Shown: in pieces, positions 10,701 to 20,236 of the stretch
Layout of the letters: each line of letters begins with the position of its first letter
Position numbering within the stretch: the first letter of the stretch is position 1
Program-made: the position numbers and the translations under genes
NCBI GenBank assembly: GCA_963773065.1
Contig: CAVYZN010000021.1
Coordinates: 9,110-73,109, forward strand
Reading direction: 5' to 3'
DNA length: 64,000 nucleotides
DNA from: an uncultured Gammaproteobacteria bacterium
Lineage (GTDB): Bacteria > Pseudomonadota > Gammaproteobacteria > UBA9214
Notes under the pieces: generated by a model
Database searches by the model: none
The model's input: the letters and a program-made list of their open reading frames with translations, nothing else
What the model was told of the DNA's origin: nothing

Positions 10701-11175
10701 CGACTTGCACCAGGAACTCCGTGCCGGTGATGGCGGCGTTGGCGAGCGGGGTGATGATCTGCAGTGACCGCGGATCGCGGCTGATGAAGTGCGCGGCTCC
10801 CTTGAGCAGTTCGAGCCAGGAGGGCGCGGTGTCGGTTTCCGCCGCGGTGAAGACCAGCGAACTGTACTGATCGAGACGGATCACGGTTTCCGGATAGAAC
10901 AATATGGCCGCACGGCTGTTCCCGCCGGTGCGCACGGCATCACCCGGACAGAAGCGTTCATCCCGGCCGGCGGTCTGCCATTGCTGATCCCGGGCGCGTT
11001 TGACCTCCAGCGTACCCTGCACGGAGATGGCGCGCGCCAGCGCCGGATCACACGGTTGCGCCGCGGCCAGGAGCTGCGAGGGGATGGTCAGCGCATAAAG
11101 GATAAAGAGGTGAAGCAGACGGGCTTTGAGCGGAAATACCGCGTGTGAAAAAAATATGTTGTTCCCGATTGGCAT
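7775..11175 (-). CDS. FecR-domain/TPR/TonB-type beta-barrel outer-membrane receptor (NsrA-like); split by several frameshifts
   Basis: Signal peptide, FecR (GDAVRTGGNSRA, TPLANAAITGTEF), TPRs, DNRAVYRSRLQLDEDLA, barrel strands, C-terminal ...TRLTLSF*; pieces at 10141-11226, 8658-10274, 7880-8770. Confidence 0.82.
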
Positions 11176-11435
11176 CTTCTTGGTTGGCAATGACGTGCCC
11201 GGTGGCTGACGTGCGCCGGTCCGCACATGGCTTGATCGATCAGGACCGCGATGTAATCACACGCGTCGCGTTACGGTCCAGCATTTTATCCTGCCACGGC
11301 ATCGAGGGTCGATTTTCTCGGCCTCCTGTATACGTATTTGTACGTAGTCAGACCGGATTGCTACCGAGGCGAGTTCCGGGATGGGCATGCCGGCTAACGA
11401 GTGTGCCGTTAGGCCGCTTGCACATGGATGGGCAA

Positions 11436-11535
11436 GCGGTCCGGGATGGGCAGGACTGCCCGAAGCGACGTGCGGCACCCGTAGCCTACAGGGCCGGTAT
11501 TCACGGCGTGTTCCGGCAAGCCCATCCCGGACCGC
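11436..11535. repeat. Perfect 16-bp inverted repeat between the cyclase and receptor genes
   Basis: GCGGTCCGGGATGGGC (11436-11451) and GCCCATCCCGGACCGC (11520-11535). Confidence 0.75.
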
Positions 11536-11556
11536 GTGGCATGACTCGTGATGCTC

Positions 11557-13812
11557 TTAGTCTGTGCCGTCAAGCCGTATGACGCCGTTCCAGTCATCGG
11601 CAGGCGGGTCCTGCCGATGGCGCAGGGAGAGATCCAGATAAAAGCGTGATACGCCATCGCCCTCACGGGTATTCACCAGTTGCGTGAACCGCTCGATGGC
11701 GGTTTTCCAGTCCGCCTGCCGGAACGCCGTGAGACCCTCGGCGAACAGTCCGTGCCGTTGCGTGATGGCCTGTTCCTCGATGGATTCACGCCGTCCGGCA
11801 AGCTCGTGTATCACCAGCGGGCGGGTTTTGCCACGCAGCAGAAACGTCCCGACCTCACGGGTCAGAAAGCCATCGATGCCCTCCAGGACTTCCTGTGACA
11901 GGAGCACCCGCGTTCCGAGCACCTTGTTCAGTCCCTGTATCCGGCTGGCGGAATTCACGATGTCGCCCACGGCGCGGTATTCATAATGATCGATCGCGCC
12001 GATGCTTCCCAGCAGGATTTCGCCGCTGTGCAGACCGAGCCGTGTGGCATGAACCCGCGGTGTATCCCGTTGACTCGACCGATTGAGGGTCTCGTCGATC
12101 TGCCGGGCCGCCTCGATGGCATGCCGGCGCATGGCGTGCTCCGGTGTGTGGGACGCCCAGATGGCCAGCATGGCGTCGCCGACGATATCCGAGATGATGC
12201 CCTCCTGCTCCCTGACCGGCTGGAACAGCGACTCGTAGTAGTTGTTCATCAGTCCGGCCAGCGCTTCCGGCGCCAGGCCTTCCGAGAGCCGGGTGTAATG
12301 CTCGGCATCCGAATACAGACAGGTGCCGTACATCAACTGGCCTTCCGCCCGGCCATCGGCCAGATCACCGGCCAGCCGGTCGACGACTGGGGAGGGCAGG
12401 TAATAGCCGAAGGCGGTGCGGATGTTTTCCCGTTCCCGGCGCACCTCCAGGTAATGCCAAAGCGTCGCGCTGAACAGGGCGAACGGCGCCTGCAGGAACA
12501 GCGGCACCATCAGGGGCGGCCAGAGGGCGGAATGACTGAAGGCGACATGGCCTGCGCCGAGATAGAGACCGGCGAGACCAAGCGTAGCGGCCACGGCGGG
12601 AAATACCGGCAACAGGCGGGCGACGGCGCCGATGAGCAGACCCCAGGCGAATAACAGGAGGAAACCGGCCGGTCTGGGCAGCGGCGTGACCGGCAGGTTC
12701 TCCAGCAGGTTGGCGAACGCCGTGGCGGCGATTTCAACGCCGCTCAGATGCACGCCGTTTTTTTGTGAGTAGACCGTATAGAATTCATCCAGCCGCTCCG
12801 GCTGCAGGCGCTCCGAATAGCCCACGAAAACCGCCTTGCCGCGCAGGTCGAGGGCCTCCTGAGCGTGCGATGACTTCGCCTCCGGGCGCAATACCCGGAC
12901 ATAGGAGAGTGTGGTTATCGACTGCGGCGGGCCGTAATAGTTGAGGTAGCGGCTGTCGCCGCCGCCGTACATGCCGATGAGCGCGCGCAGCAGGCGAAGC
13001 TTTCGTGCGCTGATGCGCTGCTGCGCTTCATCGGCCAGCGTCTCCGTCAGGCGCTGCGCCAGCGCCGGCTCTTCCCTGAAAACGGCCCGCAATGCCTGCA
13101 TGGAGGTGATGGCCTCGTGTCCGGCGAATGGGTCGCGCACGGCGCCGGCCGGCGGTGTGTTGCCTGAGCGTGCGTTTTGCTTGATCAGATCCAGCAGATC
13201 GGGATACGCCGTCGCCGCATGGAGCTGCAGGGCGACCAGCGGCAGGGTCGGCAGGTCACCGGTGCCCGGGGTGAAGGTCCAGAACTGACTGACCTTGACC
13301 GGGAAAACCGGTAACGGGAACGGGGCAATCGCCCGCGCCGATGGAGCGATCGACGCGACGGGGAGCACGAGGCGCTGGGCAATCAGTTCACCGGCGGAAT
13401 TTCCGGCCAGCGTGGAGAGCTCCTTTTTGGTGTAGGCAAACAGCACGACATTGCCGGCCTTCCCGATGGCCGACGCGAGCGCCGCGTCATCCCGGGGGTC
13501 ACGCGGTTCCTCGAAGAAGATATCGAGTACGATCACCGACGCGCCGGCCTCGACGAGCCTGTCGATCAACCGTGCGTGATAGGCGCGCGGCCACTTGACC
13601 GGTTCAACGGGCAGGCCAAGCGTGTCGGCGGACGGCTTATCGATGGCGACCACGACCACCTCGGACGGTGGAGTGCGCGGCCCGCGCAGGGTGAAGAGCC
13701 AATCGAGTCCGGCATGTTCCTCGATATCGAGAACGAACGGGATGAGGCTCGTCAGAATTCCCAGGATCCCCGTGAATAATCCCAGCAGGATGGCCTTCGC
13801 CGGTTTGTTCAT
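11557..13812 (-). CDS. CHASE2-domain class III nucleotidyl (adenylate/guanylate-type) cyclase
   Basis: N-terminal TM, CHASE2 (VVVAIDK, WPRAYHA, SGVEIAATAFANLL), three TMs, cyclase YSDAEHYT / VGDA / GDIVNSASRIQG, C-terminal TPR-like tail. Confidence 0.92.
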   Translation of the reverse strand: MNKPAKAILLGLFTGILGILTSLIPFVLDIEEHAGLDWLFTLRGPRTPPSEVVVVAIDKPSADTLGLPVEPVKWPRAYHARLIDRLVEAGASVIVLDIFFEEPRDPRDDAALASAIGKAGNVVLFAYTKKELSTLAGNSAGELIAQRLVLPVASIAPSARAIAPFPLPVFPVKVSQFWTFTPGTGDLPTLPLVALQLHAATAYPDLLDLIKQNARSGNTPPAGAVRDPFAGHEAITSMQALRAVFREEPALAQRLTETLADEAQQRISARKLRLLRALIGMYGGGDSRYLNYYGPPQSITTLSYVRVLRPEAKSSHAQEALDLRGKAVFVGYSERLQPERLDEFYTVYSQKNGVHLSGVEIAATAFANLLENLPVTPLPRPAGFLLLFAWGLLIGAVARLLPVFPAVAATLGLAGLYLGAGHVAFSHSALWPPLMVPLFLQAPFALFSATLWHYLEVRRERENIRTAFGYYLPSPVVDRLAGDLADGRAEGQLMYGTCLYSDAEHYTRLSEGLAPEALAGLMNNYYESLFQPVREQEGIISDIVGDAMLAIWASHTPEHAMRRHAIEAARQIDETLNRSSQRDTPRVHATRLGLHSGEILLGSIGAIDHYEYRAVGDIVNSASRIQGLNKVLGTRVLLSQEVLEGIDGFLTREVGTFLLRGKTRPLVIHELAGRRESIEEQAITQRHGLFAEGLTAFRQADWKTAIERFTQLVNTREGDGVSRFYLDLSLRHRQDPPADDWNGVIRLDGTD

Positions 13813-13943
13813 GGAGGCGGTGGTCGGTATCCTGGCTGAAGGGGAGGTGACTATTCTATGCCATGGAGTTCACCGGCGAACAGCGGCGCGGTGAGGGGCC
13901 GCCGGCGGGGATGGTCAGATAGAATCGCCGGTCGGCTACTTAG

Positions 13944-14230
13944 TATCCATCCATTATCACCGCAAAGACGCGAAGTTCGCGAAGAAACTTATTAACGAAA
14001 ACAATTAAACAGCTTTGCGTTCTTTCGGTAACTGCTCCTGCGTTACCCTACCTCCGGCATCCCTGCAGTCGTCGGCAACTGCTCCATGCGTCGCTTAAAG
14101 CGCCTATTTTTGGTGCTCTAACTCCTGCAGTCGCTACGGGCATCCTGCCCTCTCGCGACACTTGCACGTCGTGTACATCGTCCATGCAGTCGTGCGCCTT
14201 TGCGATGAGTCTATTTCTTTATGAATGGAC
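13944..14230 (+). repeat. Palindromic MITE-like repeat, copy 3, interrupted by nested small repeats (14026-14192)
   Basis: Left arm matches copy 1 up to ...TTGCGTTCTTT and resumes at TGCGCCTTTGCGATGAG...TTTATGAATGGAC after a ~167-bp insert. Confidence 0.8.
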
Positions 14231-14265
14231 ATTACCTCGCCGGATGATGATGCGATCCTTGAATA

Positions 14266-15090
14266 TCAGTCGGATTGATCTTCTTGGAGATGCAGGGACT
14301 GACTGATATCAATCAGAACCTCTTCCGGCCGGTTGTTATTGCACGCATACACCATGCGCACCAGGTCCGGCAGGGAGGTCACCCCCATCTTTCGCATTAT
14401 CTTCGATCGATGGATTTCGACGGTTCGGCTGCTCAATCCCAATTGTTCCGCAAGATTTTTGTTCGAGACGCCGCTTATGAGGTATGTCATCACTTCCCGT
14501 TCGCGGGGTGTCAACCGCTCATATTTCTTCTCCAGTGTCTGGCGACGCCTGCGTTCCTCTTGCTCGGCGCTCGCCAGCAACATGGCATTCCCGACGCTGT
14601 TCTGAAGCTGCTTGTTCGTGAACGGTTTCTCGATGAAATCAAGCGCCCCCCCTTTGATCGCCAGCACGGATTTTTCCACATTCCCATAGCCGCTGATGAA
14701 AATGGTCTTCAGTCCGATGCCGCGTTTCCTCAGCTCAGCCTGCAACTCCAGACCGGATATGTCTCCCATGTTCAGGTCCAGGATGAGAACGCCTGTGGTC
14801 GCTTCGCTGACTGAGGCAAGCAGGGATTCGGCGGAGGCAAATGGCATGACCGTGTAATCCGCGTTTTCAAACAAGAGGGTTAATGCATGGCACACCGCCG
14901 AGTCATCATCGACGATGTAGATGGTTCGACACCCCTCTCCCACAGGGGGAGGCTGGCTGGAAGCGGATGGTATATCCCCTTTTGTTTGGTTAGTCATGCG
15001 GCGATTCCACCCTCTGCTTGCCGGTAATGAAGGGCCATCCCTGGCAGTCATCCATGACGCATCCCTCAACCTTGAAATTAGCTGAAACAC
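14266..15090 (-). CDS. FixJ/NarL-type response regulator (REC + LuxR HTH)
   Basis: IVDDD, LILDLNM, DFIEKP, LTPREREVM...SSRTVEIHRSKIMRKM; GTG start with AAGGAGG RBS (alternative start 14997). Confidence 0.9.
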   Translation of the reverse strand: MFQLISRLRDASWMTARDGPSLPASRGWNRRMTNQTKGDIPSASSQPPPVGEGCRTIYIVDDDSAVCHALTLLFENADYTVMPFASAESLLASVSEATTGVLILDLNMGDISGLELQAELRKRGIGLKTIFISGYGNVEKSVLAIKGGALDFIEKPFTNKQLQNSVGNAMLLASAEQEERRRRQTLEKKYERLTPREREVMTYLISGVSNKNLAEQLGLSSRTVEIHRSKIMRKMGVTSLPDLVRMVYACNNNRPEEVLIDISQSLHLQEDQSD

Positions 15091-15261
15091 ATATTCCTCC
15101 TTAAAAGCAGGATAGGATTACCTGACCGGCCGTTCTATGAAGAATTCACGGACAGTTTGTGAAATATTCACGTATCGGCGAGGGAATATTTCCTTCATGC
15201 GTTTGATACTGGCGCCGGTGCCACATCCAGCGGGATGACATGGCCGCACCGGATCCGCGCT

Positions 15262-15936
15262 TCATCTCCATCCATTGACGCGGGCGAGCCAGTCGAGCAG
15301 TTCCTGCGGCGTGCGGATCATGCCGTCGGCATGCCATTCATGCGGCCGATCCTGCTCCTGGAAATAGCCGAACAGCGCCACCAGGGTGTGCATCCCGGCG
15401 TTCCTGCCGGCTTCGATATCGCGCTGCGCGTCGCCGACATAGACGCATTGTTCCGGTTTGCTGCCGGCCTGCTCGCAGGCATGGAGCATCGGAGCCGGGT
15501 GCGGCTTGCGATTTGCCAGGGTATCGCCGCTGACGATAGAGGCGGCGCGTTCGAAAAGGCCGAGGTTCTTCAGCAGGGGTTCGGTCAGCCAGCCTGGCTT
15601 GTTGGTGACCACGCCCCAGTTGAGGCCGCGGCGTTCCAGTTGGTCGAGCAATTCACCCATGCCGGGGAAGGGCCGCGTCTTGCTGGATATATTCTCGCGG
15701 TATAGCGCCAGCAGACGCAGGCGCAGCGGATTGAAATCCGGGTGGGATTCATCCAGCGCGAAACCGAGCCGGATCAGCGCCATTCCGCCGTGGGAGACGA
15801 CCCCCCGGATTTCCTGAAAGGAGAGCGGCGGGCGGTGATTTTCGGCCAGCACGGCATTGAGCGCGTCGGCGAGGTCCGGGGCGGTATCGAGCAGCGTGCC
15901 ATCCAGGTCAAACAGCACGGTGCGTACGGTGTGCAT
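15262..15936 (-). CDS. gph: Phosphoglycolate phosphatase (HAD family, Gph/MupP-like)
   Basis: FDLDGTLLDTAPD, VVTNKP, KPHPAP, VGDAQRDIEAG; downstream of ubiG. Confidence 0.88.
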   Translation of the reverse strand: MHTVRTVLFDLDGTLLDTAPDLADALNAVLAENHRPPLSFQEIRGVVSHGGMALIRLGFALDESHPDFNPLRLRLLALYRENISSKTRPFPGMGELLDQLERRGLNWGVVTNKPGWLTEPLLKNLGLFERAASIVSGDTLANRKPHPAPMLHACEQAGSKPEQCVYVGDAQRDIEAGRNAGMHTLVALFGYFQEQDRPHEWHADGMIRTPQELLDWLARVNGWR

Positions 15937-15955
15937 CGCTTGCTTTGCCGCCCGG

Positions 15956-16666
15956 TCAGTTCTGCTCGAAGCAGGCGAGATAATTGACGGAGACATCCGT
16001 ACCGAGACGGTACTCGCGGGTCAGGGGATTGTAGCTCATGCCCGTCAGGTCGATGATCCGCAGCCCGGCGTGGCGTGCCCAGCCTTCCATTTCCGAGGGC
16101 CGGATGAACTTGCCGTATTCGTGGGTGCCCCTGGGCAGGAGTTTCAGCAGATATTCCGCGCCGACCACCGCGAAGAGATAGGCTTTGGGGTTGCGATTGA
16201 TGGTTGACAGGAATACCCGCCCGTCGTCCCTGATCAGCCTGGCGCAGGCCGCGATGACCGCCGCGGGGTCGGGAACGTGTTCCAGCATTTCGAGACAGGT
16301 GACGATATCGAAGCCGCCGGGCTCCTCCTCGGCCAGTTGTTCCGGGGTGGCCTGCCGGTAGTCGATCTCCAGATTCGATTCGAGCCGGTGCAGCCGGGCC
16401 ACGTTGAGCGGCGCCCGTCCCATGTCGATGCCGATAACCTCGGCGCCGCACTGCGCCATGGCCTCGCTCAGCAAACCGCCGCCGCAGCCGACATCGAGAA
16501 CGCGTTTCCCCCGTAGGTTCGCCAGTCTGTCGATATAGCCCAGGCGCAGGGGATTGATGTCATGCAGCGGTTTGAATTCGCTATTCGGGTCCCACCAGCG
16601 CGCGGCCAGTTTCTCGAACTTGGCGATTTCTTCCTGATCGACGTTGGCAATCTTCCCGGTCATCAT
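15956..16666 (-). CDS. ubiG: Ubiquinone biosynthesis O-methyltransferase
   Basis: EIAKFEKLAARWWD, LHDINPLR, LDVGCGGG, EMLEHVPDP. Confidence 0.96.
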   Translation of the reverse strand: MMTGKIANVDQEEIAKFEKLAARWWDPNSEFKPLHDINPLRLGYIDRLANLRGKRVLDVGCGGGLLSEAMAQCGAEVIGIDMGRAPLNVARLHRLESNLEIDYRQATPEQLAEEEPGGFDIVTCLEMLEHVPDPAAVIAACARLIRDDGRVFLSTINRNPKAYLFAVVGAEYLLKLLPRGTHEYGKFIRPSEMEGWARHAGLRIIDLTGMSYNPLTREYRLGTDVSVNYLACFEQN

Positions 16667-16711
16667 AGTGCTTGTATCCGGTGGTGTGACGCGCCGATGC
16701 GAGCTTGCCAG

Positions 16712-18001
16712 TCATCGCGCCCGGTAGAGGATCTCATGAATGTCCAGCGTGGTCAGTTGGCGCTCCTTCAGCAGGTGTTGACCCGCGACCCACACATCGG
16801 TCACCTGATTGCGTCCGCAGGCATAGACCAGTTGTGAAACCGGATCATACAGGGGCTGTGTTTCGATGGTATCGAGACATATGGCGGCCATGTCCGCCCA
16901 TTTGCCGGGCGTGAGGGAGCCGGTTTCCTCACCGAGTCCCAGGGCCACGGCGCCATTCAGCGTCGCCATTTTCAGCACCGCGTGCGCGGGCAGGGCACTG
17001 GCATCCCCGCCGACGACCTTGGCGAGCAAGGCGGCCGAGCGCATCTCTCCGATCATATCCAGATCATTGTTGCTGGCGGGACCATCCGTACCGAGCGCGA
17101 TGTTTACCCCGGACCCGGCCAGTTCCGCCACCGCGCAGAATCCGCTGGCCAGCTTCATGTTGGATTCCGGACAGTGGACGATGTGGCCGCCGCCGCCGGC
17201 AAAATCGAGGATTTCCTCCCGCGTAAGCTGGGTCATGTGTACGGCCATCAGAGCCGGCGATACCAGGCCGAGGTCCCGCAGCCGCGCGAGCGGTCGCTCG
17301 CCGGTCGATTCCACGGCCTTGCGGATCTCTTCCACGGTTTCGTGCACATGCATGTGGATGCCGATGTCCAGTTCATCGGCCAGCACGCGGATGCGTTGCA
17401 GCGGACCGTCGGATACCGTATAGGGCGCGTGCGGAGCGAACGCGGTGCGGATTAACGGGTCGCCGCGGTAATGATCGTGCACCGCCAGGCCCTTGGAAAG
17501 GTATTCATCGGCATCCTGCGCCCAGACCGTCGGGAAATCGATCACGATGAGTCCGACGCAGGCGCGCATGCCGCAGTGGGCGGCGACACGGGCCGTTACA
17601 TCCGGGAAATAATACATGTCGTTGAAACAGGTCGTGCCGCCGCGCAGCATCTCGGCGATGGCGAGACGGCTGCCGTCGTGTACGAATTCCTCGTTGACCC
17701 AGCGCGATTCCGCGGGCCAGATATGGTTGTTCAGCCATTCATTCAGCGGCAGATCATCCGCGAGTCCGCGCAGCAGGGACATGGCGGCGTGGGTATGGGC
17801 GTTGACCAGGCCCGGGATCAGGAGATGCCGGTCGAGGTCATGCTCGATGGCGGCGTTGTAGGCCGCGCGCGCCTGATCCGTTGGCAGGATAGCCAGCACC
17901 CGTCCTTCATGGACGGCGAGGCTGTGGTAGTCGTAGACGCAGTTGTCCGGTTCTACCGGAACGATCCAGCGTGCATGGATAAGGGTGTCGATGGTCTGCA
18001 T
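16712..18001 (-). CDS. mtaD: MTA/SAH deaminase (TRZ/ATZ amidohydrolase); last residues likely cut by an indel
   Basis: PGLVNAHTH, HMHVHET, HCPESNMKLASG, LGTDGPASNN; DWQARI continues in another frame. Confidence 0.85.
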   Translation of the reverse strand: MQTIDTLIHARWIVPVEPDNCVYDYHSLAVHEGRVLAILPTDQARAAYNAAIEHDLDRHLLIPGLVNAHTHAAMSLLRGLADDLPLNEWLNNHIWPAESRWVNEEFVHDGSRLAIAEMLRGGTTCFNDMYYFPDVTARVAAHCGMRACVGLIVIDFPTVWAQDADEYLSKGLAVHDHYRGDPLIRTAFAPHAPYTVSDGPLQRIRVLADELDIGIHMHVHETVEEIRKAVESTGERPLARLRDLGLVSPALMAVHMTQLTREEILDFAGGGGHIVHCPESNMKLASGFCAVAELAGSGVNIALGTDGPASNNDLDMIGEMRSAALLAKVVGGDASALPAHAVLKMATLNGAVALGLGEETGSLTPGKWADMAAICLDTIETQPLYDPVSQLVYACGRNQVTDVWVAGQHLLKERQLTTLDIHEILYRAR

Positions 18002-18144
18002 GCAACGGTTCCGCGAGATTCATGCAAGCGGGAAGTATAGCGGGGGCGGTCAGCCGGCGGGAGGACTCGGATCGGAGGCATACCGTCCATGCCGCCGGCC
18101 TCATGCCTGTGGTTCACGTTTCTCCCTCCTGTCCCGGCGTCAAT

Positions 18145-18178
18145 AAAAAACCCACCACCCTTGCGGGCTGGTGGGTTT
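18145..18178 (-). terminator. Rho-independent terminator after ompA
   Basis: AAACCCACCA...TGGTGGGTTT hairpin with T-tract on the minus strand. Confidence 0.8.
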
Positions 18179-18197
18179 ATGGGTCGATGCCGGTTTG

Positions 18198-18825
18198 TTA
18201 CTTCGGCTGTTCTACGCCGACGCTGATTTCCACGCGGCGGTTCTCGGCGCGGCCTGCGGCGGTCTTGTTGGAGGCGACCGGATCGGCTTCACCCATGCCC
18301 TTGGCGTCAATGATGCCCGGGTCTACGCCTTCGCTGACCATGTAGTCCTTGACGGCATTGGCGCGACGGATGGACAACTGCTGATTGTATGCATCCGTGC
18401 CGACGCTGTCCGTGTAGCCGACGACTTTGATATCGATCACCTTGGCCTTGCTGGCCTTGATTTCCGCATCGATGATCATGAATGGCCTGCTTGCCTGCGG
18501 GCTTGAGTACCGACTTGTCGAAATCAAACAGGGCGGTAGCCGATAAGGTGTGCTTTGTGTAGGCAGGAACGGGCGGTGGCGGCGGCGCGGGCGGCGCTTC
18601 CGTCACTTCCGGGAACAGTTCCGGGTTGCATTCCTTGGTCGCCAGTTCCTTGGTCCATTCCGAGGTCATGACGCAGCGACCCTGACTGTCGATGACGTAA
18701 TGCTTGTTGCTGTCACCGACATAGGCATCATTCGCCGTGCCACCTTCGTGGGCCATCGCGATGCCGGCCATCAGTACCGACGAGGCGGCTACACCCAGCA
18801 TAGTTGTAAGACAGATTTTGTTCAT
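18198..18825 (-). CDS. ompA: OmpA/RmpM family peptidoglycan-binding outer-membrane protein (frameshift near 18480)
   Basis: Signal peptide, Cys pair, Pro-rich linker, LFDFDKSVLK, VGYTDSVGTDAYNQQLSIRRA, NRRVEI. Confidence 0.85.
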
Positions 18826-18955
18826 TGAATACCGCTCCTGTGATTTGTGAACGATTAACCCGAACTCCGGTGGCGGTATTTTAGACACATCTCTTTTATA
18901 AGGCTAGTGGTTTTGCGGTGTTTTTGTGTAACAAAATTCGCGTAGAATCACCCGC

Positions 18956-20048
18956 ATGGACCATGCAAATAGAGAAGCGGCAATTTCACCGGATATTTCC
19001 GTCACCGCCCATGATTCCATCCGTGCGATCCAATGGCTGGATGAACCGCTTATGCCTGCTGGACCAGCGTCGGCTGCCCTTCGAGGAACACTACCAGTTT
19101 CCGGCCGATGCCGAGGCGGTGGCCGGGGCGATCCGTGACATGGTGGTGCGCGGCGCGCCGGCCATCGGCATCACCGCGGCCTACGGCGTGGTGCTGGCCG
19201 CGCGCCATCGCTATGCGGAATCCCCCGGCGGGTGGCATGACCTGCTGGCGAAGGATATCCGGGTGCTGGCGGGTGCACGCCCGACAGCCGTGAATCTGTC
19301 CTGGGCCTTGCGGCGCATGGAGCGGCGCATCGCCACCATTACGGGTGAACCGGCCGGGGAACTGCTGGATGAAGCGCACCGCATCCATGCGGAAGATATC
19401 GCGGCGAACCACCGCATGGGCGAACACGGCGCCGCACTCATCCGTGCCGGGGATTCCGTGCTGACCTATTGCAATACCGGTGCGCTGGCAACCGGCGGTT
19501 ATGGAACGGCGCTAGGCGTCATCCGCAGTGCCTGGTGTGAGCACAAGCTCAACCGGGTCTACGCCGGTGAAACACGGCCCTGGCTCCAAGGTGCCCGCCT
19601 GACGGCATGGGAACTGACGCGCGAGCGGATCCCCGTCACCCTCATAACGGACAATTCGGCCGCCTTCCTGATGCAGCAAGGCCAGGTGCAATGGGTCATC
19701 GTCGGCGCCGACCGGATAACGGCCAACGGGGATGTGATCAACAAGATCGGCACCTATAACCTCGCGCTCAGCGCCCGCCACCACGGGGTCGGGTTTATGG
19801 TGGTTGCTCCCCGTTCCACACTGGATTTCACGCGGGACAATGGTCAGGCGGTCGAGATCGAGCAGCGCGCCGCCGATGAAGTACTGAACCTGGCGGGGCG
19901 GCGCATCGCCGCCGAAGGCGCCCTGGCATGGAATCCCGCCTTTGATGTCACTCCCGCCGGCCTGGTCGATTTCCTGGTCACCGAGAACGGTGTTATTCAG
20001 GCTCCCGATACACAAAAGCTGGCCAGACTTGATCCCTCATCAACTTGA
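18956..20048 (+). CDS. mtnA: S-methyl-5-thioribose-1-phosphate isomerase (frameshift near 19045)
   Basis: SIRAIQWLD then LLDQRRLP, MVVRGAPAIG, RPTAVNL, CNTGALAT, ETRPWLQGARLT, NKIGTY. Confidence 0.92.
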
Positions 20049-20236
20049 AACAACTTTCGACGGTCTGCCGCACGGTGACCGGCAAGGATCCTGAGCGCAC
20101 CCGGGTTGAGCCGGTTTTTCGGATGTAGCGGGGAAGGCGATTATGCTAATATTCTCCGCCTTGCCTGTCGTTGGTGCAGCCAGGCAACTCGAATTACCCT
20201 GCGCATGAAAACCAAGGACATTCCAGTTCCTTTCAA

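Noticed and set aside
15078-15092. 4-codon uORF (MCFS) overlapping the response regulator start
   Set aside because: RBS spacing to its ATG is only 3 nt, while spacing to the in-frame GTG is normal
18005-18140. SAH/SAM riboswitch upstream of mtaD
   Set aside because: GC-rich stems are present but I could not match the conserved riboswitch cores; a TATACT -10 box lies too close to the start to leave room
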